A stretch of 64,000 bases of DNA from Candidatus Pacearchaeota archaeon. Lineage in GTDB: Archaea > Nanobdellota > Nanobdellia > Pacearchaeales > GW2011-AR1. The stretch lies in the NCBI GenBank assembly GCA_018221285.1, contig JAAOYJ010000024.1, positions 13,156-77,155 of the forward strand, given 5' to 3'. Both the position numbers and the translations under genes were made by a program. The first letter of the stretch is position 1, and every line of letters starts with the position of its first letter. The notes below the pieces were generated by a model. It was not told where the DNA came from. It was given only the letters and a program-made list of their open reading frames with translations, and made no database searches. Below, one piece after another: positions 36,172 through 44,477 of this stretch.

Positions 36172-37584
36172 ATGGCAAAGAAATTTTATGTTACGACACC
36201 GATATATTATCCGAATGATATTCCGCATGTTGGGCACGCGTACACGACAATTGTAGCAGATGTTCTCTCTAGGTGGAATAAGATTAGGGGAAAGGATGTT
36301 TTGTTTACAACCGGGGTTGATGATCATGGGATGAAGGTTCTTGAAACTGCAAAGGAAAATAATCTCCCCCCAAAAGAATTTGTAGATAAGATTGTTCCTC
36401 GATTTAAGGACGCTTGGGAAAAATTGAATATAGATTATTCAAGATTTATTCGGACAACTGATAAAGATCATAAGAAAATTGTCCAAAATATTTTGCAAAA
36501 GATTTATGATAAAGGAGAGATTTATTTGGGAGAATATGAAGGTTATTATTGTGTGGGGTGTGAAGCGTATTTAACTGAGAAAGAATTGGAAAATGGTTGT
36601 TGTCCGATCCATAAGAAAAAGGTTAAGAAGTTAAAGGAAGAGACCTATTTTTTTAAGATTCAAAATTATAAAGATAGGCTTTTGAAATTGTATGAGAAAG
36701 GGTTTATTCTTCCGAAGAATAAAACTAGTGAGATGGTTCATCGTGTTAAGGAATTAGATAGAGATTTGTCTATCTCTCGGACGAGTTTTGATTGGGGGAT
36801 TCCTGTGCCGTTTGATAAGAAACATGTGACTTATGTGTGGTTTGATGCATTGCTGAATTATTATACCTCGACACAAGAGAAAAATAGACAGGATTTTTGG
36901 CCTTGTGATTTGCATATCGTTGCGAAGGATATTTTTTACTTTCATGCTGTGATGTGGCCAGCAATTTTAATGGCAGCAGATTTGCCAGTCCCTAAAAATC
37001 TTTTTGTTCACGGTTATTGGACTTTTGGAAAGGAGAAAATATCAAAATCTCGGGGGAAAGTTATTAATGTTGATGAATTGATAGCACTTACCGGAAATGT
37101 GGATTCAGTAAGATATTTTTTATTGAGAGCAACTCCTTTTGGTAAAGACGGAGATTTTTCAGAGAAAGCATTGGTTGAGAGACATAATAATGAATTGGCT
37201 GATAAGTTGGGTAATTTGGTTTCGAGGGTTAGTGGATTGATTGAGAAGGAGGGATGTAAACAAAATAGAAAATGGAAAACCCCTTTTCTTACAGTAAACG
37301 TTAAGAAAGATGTTGGAGAACTTATGGAAAATTTTGAATTTGATAAAGTTCTTAATAGAATTTTTGCGTATGTAGACTCTTTAAATAAATGGGTTCAAGA
37401 TGAAAAACCTTGGGAAATTCATGAAGAAGATTTTAAGAGAGCTGTTTTGTATAATCTGAAAGAAGGAATTCTTTTAATTGCAGAATTACTTTGGCCGTTT
37501 ATCCCTGAAAGTTCAGAAAAGATAACTAAGCAGTTTAGTTCCAAGAATATAAAGAAAGGTGAGATATTGTTTAAGAAAGTATAA
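36172..37584 (+). CDS. metG: methionyl-tRNA synthetase (core enzyme only)
   Basis: PNDIPHVGHAYTT (HIGH), KISKSRG (KMSKS), and the CVGCE...CCPIH knuckle. Confidence 0.9.
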   Translation: MAKKFYVTTPIYYPNDIPHVGHAYTTIVADVLSRWNKIRGKDVLFTTGVDDHGMKVLETAKENNLPPKEFVDKIVPRFKDAWEKLNIDYSRFIRTTDKDHKKIVQNILQKIYDKGEIYLGEYEGYYCVGCEAYLTEKELENGCCPIHKKKVKKLKEETYFFKIQNYKDRLLKLYEKGFILPKNKTSEMVHRVKELDRDLSISRTSFDWGIPVPFDKKHVTYVWFDALLNYYTSTQEKNRQDFWPCDLHIVAKDIFYFHAVMWPAILMAADLPVPKNLFVHGYWTFGKEKISKSRGKVINVDELIALTGNVDSVRYFLLRATPFGKDGDFSEKALVERHNNELADKLGNLVSRVSGLIEKEGCKQNRKWKTPFLTVNVKKDVGELMENFEFDKVLNRIFAYVDSLNKWVQDEKPWEIHEEDFKRAVLYNLKEGILLIAELLWPFIPESSEKITKQFSSKNIKKGEILFKKV

Positions 37585-37585
37585 G

Positions 37586-37675
37586 ATGACAGACGGAATA
37601 GTTTCATTCGACGATTGGCAGAAGTTGGATTTTGAGATGGAATATAATAAAAGATTGCCGAGTTATGAGGATTGA
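37586..37675 (+). pseudogene. relic of the MetRS C-terminal tRNA-binding (Trbp111/EMAP-like) domain
   Basis: In the +1 frame, 1 nt after the metG stop: MTDGIVSFDDWQKLDFEME... resembles the domain start I-x-F-D-D-F-x-K-L-D-L-R-V-G. It then terminates after 29 codons. Confidence 0.3.
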
Positions 37676-38883
37676 TTTTTCTTCTTCTTTTTCTTCTTCT
37701 GTAATGGCTTGTAACTGATTGTTAATGGAACTAATTTTTTCTTATTATTTAGAATAGAATCAATTTTCAGATGTATTTTTGCAGCTCTTTTCTGTATTTT
37801 GTTATTTAATTTTTCTTCTTCTATCCAATGACGTTCATGAGCGTTTTTTTCTTTATCTCGGATATTCTTTAAATCTTTTATTGTAGTAAACAAATCTAAA
37901 AGTTCATTTTTATATTCAGGGCATATCAAGTATTGTTGGAGTTCTTTAGTTTTTTCTTCTATTTCCTCACCAGATAATCTTAACTTATGCGCTTCTACTA
38001 AAAACCCTCTTATTTGGCTCGCGATAATGTCTAATTTGGAAGAGTGTATTATTATAATCCCTTCTTTTTCACAGATTATCTTTTCTTTAGATGGGAAAAC
38101 GTTTGTAACGAGTAAAGCGTAATTTGCCTTGTGTTTAGTTTTTTGATCTTTTACTTGTTTTATAAATTTATTATCCCAATTTTTAGTATTTTTCACTTCA
38201 TAAACTATCAATCCTATTTTTTCTCCTTCGTATAATATTGTATGAAATATATCGCTACCGATTTTACCTCTTTTTGTTTCTTGAATTTCATCTCTTGGAA
38301 ATTTTCTGATTAAAATATCTAACGCTTCTTTTTGACCTGTTTTACCAAGTTCGTCTGAAGTTTTGTTTTCAAGTTTCCTAATCTTTTCTTGAAATTCAGA
38401 AATTAACTTTTCTTTATCTTCGTTATTTTCCCTTTTGGTCTTTATTAGTGTTTCTTTAAGGGCATCATTTTCTGTTTCATATTCTTCTATTTCCTTAATT
38501 TTTTCCTTATATTTGATTTCAAGTTTCTTTTCAATACCTTCTTTTTCAGATTCTGCTTCCTTAAGTTTCTCTTCCATAGAAGATATTTTTTCATTTTTAT
38601 CTTTTAGTTTTTCTTCAGATATCTTCTCAAAATCCTTTTTATTTTTCTCTCTTTCTTCCTCATAATTCTCTTTTAATGTTTTTTTAAAATTTTCAAATGT
38701 TTCTTTTTGCAGAATTAGTTTTTCTTCAGCTCTTTCTCTTTCGATTTTTGTCTTTTCTTCAAAATCCTTTTCAACTTGTTTTTTAATCTCCGATTCTTTA
38801 GCTTTAAAATTAGATTTAAATTTCTCTAACTTTTCCTTAGGAATTTCTCCCCCACAAAAGTTACACATGGCTTTCTTAACCAT
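37663..38883 (-). CDS. DUF2130-like coiled-coil protein with an N-terminal zinc ribbon and a nuclease-fold-like C-terminus
   Basis: CNFCGG N-terminus, about 170 aa of E/K coiled coil, then KRGKIGSDIFHTILYEGEKIGLIVYEVKNTKNWDNKFIKQVKDQ...ALLVTNVFP, typical of DUF2130. Poly-K tail. Confidence 0.55.
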   Translation of the reverse strand: MVKKAMCNFCGGEIPKEKLEKFKSNFKAKESEIKKQVEKDFEEKTKIERERAEEKLILQKETFENFKKTLKENYEEEREKNKKDFEKISEEKLKDKNEKISSMEEKLKEAESEKEGIEKKLEIKYKEKIKEIEEYETENDALKETLIKTKRENNEDKEKLISEFQEKIRKLENKTSDELGKTGQKEALDILIRKFPRDEIQETKRGKIGSDIFHTILYEGEKIGLIVYEVKNTKNWDNKFIKQVKDQKTKHKANYALLVTNVFPSKEKIICEKEGIIIIHSSKLDIIASQIRGFLVEAHKLRLSGEEIEEKTKELQQYLICPEYKNELLDLFTTIKDLKNIRDKEKNAHERHWIEEEKLNNKIQKRAAKIHLKIDSILNNKKKLVPLTISYKPLQKKKKKKKNQSS

Positions 38884-38913
38884 AATCTAAGGTATTATTC
38901 AAAGTATATAGAT

Positions 38914-39687
38914 TTATCTCTTACCAAAAGCCCTAGCTATCCTTTCAAATATTGTTTCTCTGTCTCTATCTGAATCGTATTCGATGTTGAGGAGTTTAGC
39001 TGCGATTTCTTTGTAAGCTCGAGCAGCATTGCTTTTTGGATGAGTGTGGACAACAGCGTTCTTTAAACTCAGTGCTTCTGAAATAGAAATATCTTCTGGA
39101 ACCATTCCAAGAATAGGAACCTCAAGCATTTCTTTTACTGTTTCAGGTTGTAATTCTATATGATTCTTCTTGACCCTTGTCATTATTACTCCTGTAATTG
39201 GCTTTTTCAATTGTTCTGCGAGTTTGATTGTTTTCAGTGCATCGGTGATCGCAGGCATCTCAGGATTTGTAATTATGATTATCTCATCAGCCATCTCAAT
39301 AACAGACTTTGCTTCCTCTCCAAGTCCTGCGGCACTATCCATAATCACGTAATCAGCGACCTTCTTGAAATCTTTTTTAAATTTTTTGATTACTTTTGGT
39401 TGTAATTTATTAAGTTCCTTTATTGATAATGAGGAAGGCATGATTTTTATTCCAGATTCATGTTCATAGACTGCTTCAAACACGTCTGATTCTTCTAGAA
39501 GGATGTTATTGAGGTTTACAGGAACTTCAGGAGATCCGAGATGGATTCCTACGTTTGGTGTTGACAAGTTTCCATCGATAACTAGAATGTCTTTGTGGAA
39601 ATGATTCATGGCCGCACCTAAATTTATTGCTGTGGTGGTTTTTCCAACCCCTCCTTTTCCTGATGTAATTACAATAACTTTTGACAT
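38914..39687 (-). CDS. minD: MinD/ParA-family P-loop ATPase
   Basis: Deviant Walker A SGKGGVGKTTTAINLG. ATG 39687 preferred over TTG 39699. Confidence 0.85.
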   Translation of the reverse strand: MSKVIVITSGKGGVGKTTTAINLGAAMNHFHKDILVIDGNLSTPNVGIHLGSPEVPVNLNNILLEESDVFEAVYEHESGIKIMPSSLSIKELNKLQPKVIKKFKKDFKKVADYVIMDSAAGLGEEAKSVIEMADEIIIITNPEMPAITDALKTIKLAEQLKKPITGVIMTRVKKNHIELQPETVKEMLEVPILGMVPEDISISEALSLKNAVVHTHPKSNAARAYKEIAAKLLNIEYDSDRDRETIFERIARAFGKR

Positions 39688-39734
39688 TTTAAGTTTCAAT
39701 GGAATTTAATGACGATCAGAAGTTTTTATTCTTC

Positions 39735-40175
39735 TTACTTCAATAGAAATTGCTTTGTAGTACTTATAAAGTTTTCTAACCTTTCAGCGTATAGCTTTAG
39801 TTCTTCAAGGTTGATATTGACTTCATTTCCTTGATACATTACTTTTAGGTTAACGTTTTTTCTGAATTCTCCAATCCTTTCTTTTCTCAAATCTTCAATC
39901 TTCCTAAACATTTCATACATCTCGATTACCTTTAGAAATTCTTTATCTTTTTTGAAGATTTTTCTTATTTGCTCGATTTTTCCTATAGGATTTGAAGAGA
40001 TTGAAGGAATTTTCTTCTTCTTTTTCGCGTGATTTAGGAGTGCGTCTATACTAGTTTCAATCATCTTCCTCCACCGAAGAATTAAATTAATTATGACATC
40101 ACATGTTTTTGTATATTTCATACTGACATAAAGTAGATGGTCTGCACTAATTTTTTCTTGGATTATTTTTTCCAT
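39735..40175 (-). CDS. hypothetical helical protein, paralog of 40225..40695
   Basis: Shares KIIQ..DHL(L/V)Y near the N-terminus and EF(R/V)... near the C-terminus with the adjacent gene. Confidence 0.45.
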   Translation of the reverse strand: MEKIIQEKISADHLLYVSMKYTKTCDVIINLILRWRKMIETSIDALLNHAKKKKKIPSISSNPIGKIEQIRKIFKKDKEFLKVIEMYEMFRKIEDLRKERIGEFRKNVNLKVMYQGNEVNINLEELKLYAERLENFISTTKQFLLK

Positions 40176-40224
40176 GGAGAGTTGATTCAAAATAGAACTA
40201 TATTTTATTAAGTTTAGATGCTTT

Positions 40225-40695
40225 TTATACTTTTCTTAGGATTATGTCTTCTGCCTTTTTTAAGATGTTTTTAGAAGTAACTATGAATTCCTTTGCTTTC
40301 TCAACTGTGATTGTTTTGTGGGTTGAATTATTGGACATAATGACTAACTTGTCTCCTCTTACAAACTCAAAAGGGCTTTGCATGTGGCTTTCAACTATGT
40401 CAAAGAGTTCAAGAATAGTTCTAATCTCTTCTCCTGTGATTCTGTACTTGGGCGCACATTTTTCTACGAATGTTTTGAAGTTTGTTTTTGGGCTGCTATG
40501 GAGTCTTATTCTTTTGTAGAGGTATTCGTACTGGAGAATTGAATTAATACAATTTGAGACAGCGGTTTTTGTCTCTTTGACGATTTTCAGGAGCAGTCTT
40601 TTGTCATTTACAATTGGAAGAGTCATGTAAACTAGGTGATCGACAGTTTGGATTATTTTTCCAGCTTCTTCAAGATATTCAATGAATTTCTGCAT
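40225..40695 (-). CDS. hypothetical helical protein, paralog of 39735..40175
   Basis: See the paralog entry; tandem arrangement. Confidence 0.45.
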   Translation of the reverse strand: MQKFIEYLEEAGKIIQTVDHLVYMTLPIVNDKRLLLKIVKETKTAVSNCINSILQYEYLYKRIRLHSSPKTNFKTFVEKCAPKYRITGEEIRTILELFDIVESHMQSPFEFVRGDKLVIMSNNSTHKTITVEKAKEFIVTSKNILKKAEDIILRKV

Positions 40696-40733
40696 AAATT
40701 AGAATGTGTTTGAAATATATAATGATTTGGATA

Positions 40734-41060
40734 TTAACTCAACTCTAAAATAGCCTCTGCCAAATCCCCCTTTACGCTTTCAAGAACTTTTTTTGCCTGG
40801 TCTTCTGTGCAATCTGTTTTCTCCATTACTGTTTTGACATCGTCCTCTGAGATTGAAGGGGCTTCTGATTCTTCTTGGACATCTCCTGTTATTTGAAATG
40901 ATTCTTTGCCTTGAACTATGATTTTCATTACAGAAGGATTATTGATTACAATGTTTCCGTCTGGTTTCTCGATTGTAACTTTCGAAGCTTCTATTTCGTC
41001 TTGGCTCATACCCATTTGTTTCATGAGTGCCTGCATTTTTTTTGGGTTTAGGTTCATCAT
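40734..41060 (-). CDS. nac: nascent polypeptide-associated complex protein (NAC + UBA)
   Basis: NPKKMQALMKQMGM N-terminus, a NAC beta-barrel region, and the C-terminal UBA-like TEDQAKKVLESVKGDLAEAI. Confidence 0.8.
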   Translation of the reverse strand: MMNLNPKKMQALMKQMGMSQDEIEASKVTIEKPDGNIVINNPSVMKIIVQGKESFQITGDVQEESEAPSISEDDVKTVMEKTDCTEDQAKKVLESVKGDLAEAILELS

Positions 41061-41061
41061 T

Positions 41062-41214
41062 TTAGTAGAACATTCCTAGAAAAAATCGGAATGCGATGAT
41101 TAGAATTATGAATAAGATTATATGGGTTGGTTTTAGAGGGAATCTACTAGCGTATTCTTCGCTGTATCTCATTAGCCCGCCGAATCCAGAGGGCATGTTT
41201 ACTGATTCTGACAT
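41062..41214 (-). CDS. preprotein translocase subunit Sec61beta (50 aa; not in the ORF track)
   Basis: Hand-translated as MSESVNMPSGFGGLMRYSEEYASRFPLKPTHIILFIILIIAFRFFLGMFY. The G-L-x-R-Y motif plus a single C-terminal TM helix is typical of archaeal Sec61beta. Stop lies 1 nt before the nac start. Confidence 0.6.
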   Translation of the reverse strand: MSESVNMPSGFGGLMRYSEEYASRFPLKPTHIILFIILIIAFRFFLGMFY

Positions 41215-41291
41215 TTGTTTTTGTGTTCCTTTTTATTGAAAATGTTAGTTACAAAATTTTTGATTTTGTAATCTGACATGGTTATTTGAAA

Positions 41292-41317
41292 GATAGATAG
41301 TTTTTAAAAGTTATTAT
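41292..41317 (+). repeat. direct repeat DR1 (GATAGATAGTTTTTAAAAGTTATTAT)
   Basis: 23 nt are identical (26 nt with 1 mismatch) to 42045..42070. Contains the TATA-like TTTTTAAAAG. Confidence 0.8.
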
Positions 41318-41367
41318 ATGGTCAAATAAACCGAAGAAATTAAATAGGGAACATTATTTTTATTAAG

Positions 41368-42060
41368 ATGAAGACAATAATTATAGGAGCAGGAGAAATA
41401 GGCTTAAGTTTGTATAAAATCTTTTCTAAACATTATAAAACAGAGATTATTGATTCTGATTCTAGTCTTGAGGGAGAATATGAAGTTATGCATGTCTGTT
41501 TTCCGTATTCAGATAAATTTGTAGAGAACGTTAAATCGTATAAAGAAAAATATAATACAAAATACACGATTATTCATTCAACTGTGCCTATCGGAACTTC
41601 TAGAAAATGTAATGCAATACATTCTCCTATTGAAGGGCTCCACCCTTTTTTAAGTAAAAGTATCCTAACTTTTACAAAATATCTTTCGGGAGGAGAAGCT
41701 GGAAAAATTGCAGATTATTTTAGAAGGGCTAATATAAAAATATATCTTGTGGATAAACAAGAATCAACAGAATTGATGAAAATAATGAGCACAACTTTTT
41801 ATGGCATACAAATAGAATTTACAAAAGAGATGAAAAGGCTTTGTGAAAAATATGATGTTCCTTTTGAATTATTTACCTTATGGAATATGAACTATAATGA
41901 ATCTTATGAAAAATTGGGTTTTCCGGAATATAAAAAACCTCTTCTTGTACCAATTATGAAAAAACAAGAGGGGCACTGCACAATTCCTAATGCATCTCTA
42001 TTAGACAATAAATTTACAGATTTTTTGAAAAAATTGAATAGTGAGACAGATAGTTTTTAA
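41368..42060 (+). CDS. NAD-binding UDP-glucose/GDP-mannose dehydrogenase-like protein (truncated form)
   Basis: MKTIIIGAGEIG Rossmann start, VMHVCFP, HSTVPIGTS, and the central helical STELMKIMSTTFYGIQIEFTKEM. Lacks the C-terminal UDP-binding domain. Confidence 0.45.
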   Translation: MKTIIIGAGEIGLSLYKIFSKHYKTEIIDSDSSLEGEYEVMHVCFPYSDKFVENVKSYKEKYNTKYTIIHSTVPIGTSRKCNAIHSPIEGLHPFLSKSILTFTKYLSGGEAGKIADYFRRANIKIYLVDKQESTELMKIMSTTFYGIQIEFTKEMKRLCEKYDVPFELFTLWNMNYNESYEKLGFPEYKKPLLVPIMKKQEGHCTIPNASLLDNKFTDFLKKLNSETDSF

Positions 42061-42070
42061 AAGTTATTAT
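42045..42070 (+). repeat. direct repeat DR2 (GACAGATAGTTTTTAAAAGTTATTAT)
   Basis: Partner of DR1. Includes the stop codon of the 230-aa gene and lies 14 nt upstream of the valS ATG. Confidence 0.8.
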
Positions 42071-42083
42071 CTTTGAGAAGGGT

Positions 42084-44477
42084 ATGTCAAAGAATCAGAT
42101 TGATTTTCATGCGATTGAGAACTGGAATGTTGAAATAGAGAGTGAAATAATTTCCAAATGGATGAAATCGGAGTTATTTAAGTTTAACAAAAATGCTAAA
42201 AAAATTTATTCTATTGATACTCCTCCGCCTTATATCAACGCTCCAATTCATATGGGTCATGCTGTTACCTATGCTTACCAAGATTTTTTTGCGAGATATA
42301 AGAGGATGAAAGGCTTCGAGGTTCTTTTTCCTTTAGGATTGGATAGAAATGGATTGCCAATCGAATTGGGTGCCGAGAAGAAATTTAATGTTTCGCCTTT
42401 TAAAATTGGGAGAGAGAAGTTTATTGAATATTGTGAAAAATTGTTAGACGAAACAACGACTGAATCAACAGACACGTTTGCAAAAATAGGAATTTCTTTT
42501 ACCTCTTATAAATATGGAGATCATATTGGGGCAGTTTATCATACTGATGCTCCAGAGTATAGGATTTTGACACAATCAACATTAATTAATTTATACAAGA
42601 AAGGATTGTTATACGAGGATGTTAGGATTAATAATTGGGATTCTAAGCTTCAGACAACAATTGCAGATTCGGAGATTGATTATGAAAATATCTCGAGTAC
42701 TTTTAACCATATTAGATGGAAAGTTAAAGAGATTGGAGAGGATATTATAATCGCTACGACACGTCCTGAATTAATTTGTACTTGTGGAAAAGTTATTTTC
42801 AATCCAGAAGATGAGAGATATAAACATTTAGAGGGAAAGACTGCGATAATACCTTTGTTTGAAAAAGAAGTTAAAATTATGTCTCACCCATTTGCTGACC
42901 CTGAAAAAGGTTCGGGAATTGTTATGATGTGTGCGGGAGGGGATTTGACAGATATTCAATTTTTTAGGGAACAAAAACTAAAGCCAATTATTGCAATTAG
43001 TAAGGATGGAAAGATGAATGAAAATGCTGGATTCTTAAAAGGTTTGAAAGTTAAGGAAGCTAGGAAAAAAATAAGTGAAAAACTCAAGGAAAAAGGATTC
43101 TTAGTTAAGCAAGAAGAGATTACGCACAGAACCCCTATTTCTGAAAGGTCTAAGGTGGAAGTTGAGTTTATTGAGATGCCAGAGTTTTATCTAAAACAGT
43201 TGAAATTTAAAGATGATGTTCGTAGGGTTTCAAAAAAGATGGATTTCTATCCAGAGTTCTCTAGGAAGATTTTGGATGATTGGATTGATTCAGTTTCTAT
43301 TGACTGGCCAGTTTCTAGAAGAAGATTTTATGCGACAGAGATTCCTTTATGGTATTGTAAAGAAAAAGGTTTAGTTGCTGTACCTCTGCCTGGAAAATAT
43401 TATCGTCCATGGAAAGATAAGGTTCCCAAAGATGCAGAGGTTTTTGAGAATGGAAAATTCGTAGGGAACGTTAGTGATGCTAAATTTAAAGAATTTAAAT
43501 GGGAAGGAGAAGAAAGAGTTTGTGATACTTGGATTGATTCTTCAATTTCTCAATTATACATTTTAAAATATAAGGAAGACCCAGATTTTTTTAAGAAAGC
43601 TTTTCCTGCAACTCTTCGTCCACAAGGAAAGGAAATTGTTAGAACTTGGCTTTATTATAGTATACTTAGAGGATTTTTAGAAACCGGAAAACCTTGTTTT
43701 AAGGACGTTTGGATTCATCAGCATATCTTAGATGGAAAGGGGAAAAAGATGTCAAAGAGTTTAGGAAATGTGATTGATCCTAATGAGATATTAAATGAAT
43801 TTGGGGGAGAAGCTTTGAGACTTTGGGGAGCGTTAGAGGGAGACATTTCAAAACAGGATTTGGCTTGCTCTAAAGAAAGGATTAGGGCGGAAGTTAAGAC
43901 TTTGAATAAAATACTGAATGCTTCAAAGTTTGTAATGTTATTTGAAAAACCTAAGAAGCCGAAGATAATTGTTAAAATGGACAAGTTGTTTATTGATTAT
44001 ATGGAAGATTTGACTGAAAGAATTGATAAGAGTTATTCTAAGTATGATTTTAATCGTCCTGCTCAGGAGTTGAGATGGTTCTTATGGGAGATCTTTGCTT
44101 CACATTATATTGAGATGATTAAGTCGAGAGCTTATAATCAGGATAATAAATTTAGTAAGGAAGAAAGCAGTTCTGCGAAATATACACTTCATTTTCTTCT
44201 TGAGCGGTTTTTGACTTTGATTTATCCGATTGTTCCGCAAATTACTACAACAATTGCAAGTGAGAAAGGAATTGATTTGTTGAAGATAGAATATCCAAAA
44301 GCGAAGAAGGGAAAATCAGATTTGAATTTAATTAAGAAGATAATGGATTTCAATAGCGAGGTTTGGAAAAAGAAGAAGGATAAAGGAGTTTCTCTAAGGA
44401 ATTCTATAGAAGGAATTAAAATTCCTAAGGAGTTAGAAGATTTTGCAGATTTAAAGGAGTGCCATAGTTTAAAATGA
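42084..44477 (+). CDS. valS: valyl-tRNA synthetase
   Basis: IDTPPPYINAPIHMGHAVTYAYQDFFARYKRMKGFEV (HIGH region, archaeal ValRS-like) and KMSKSLGNVIDP. Confidence 0.8.
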   Translation: MSKNQIDFHAIENWNVEIESEIISKWMKSELFKFNKNAKKIYSIDTPPPYINAPIHMGHAVTYAYQDFFARYKRMKGFEVLFPLGLDRNGLPIELGAEKKFNVSPFKIGREKFIEYCEKLLDETTTESTDTFAKIGISFTSYKYGDHIGAVYHTDAPEYRILTQSTLINLYKKGLLYEDVRINNWDSKLQTTIADSEIDYENISSTFNHIRWKVKEIGEDIIIATTRPELICTCGKVIFNPEDERYKHLEGKTAIIPLFEKEVKIMSHPFADPEKGSGIVMMCAGGDLTDIQFFREQKLKPIIAISKDGKMNENAGFLKGLKVKEARKKISEKLKEKGFLVKQEEITHRTPISERSKVEVEFIEMPEFYLKQLKFKDDVRRVSKKMDFYPEFSRKILDDWIDSVSIDWPVSRRRFYATEIPLWYCKEKGLVAVPLPGKYYRPWKDKVPKDAEVFENGKFVGNVSDAKFKEFKWEGEERVCDTWIDSSISQLYILKYKEDPDFFKKAFPATLRPQGKEIVRTWLYYSILRGFLETGKPCFKDVWIHQHILDGKGKKMSKSLGNVIDPNEILNEFGGEALRLWGALEGDISKQDLACSKERIRAEVKTLNKILNASKFVMLFEKPKKPKIIVKMDKLFIDYMEDLTERIDKSYSKYDFNRPAQELRWFLWEIFASHYIEMIKSRAYNQDNKFSKEESSSAKYTLHFLLERFLTLIYPIVPQITTTIASEKGIDLLKIEYPKAKKGKSDLNLIKKIMDFNSEVWKKKKDKGVSLRNSIEGIKIPKELEDFADLKECHSLK

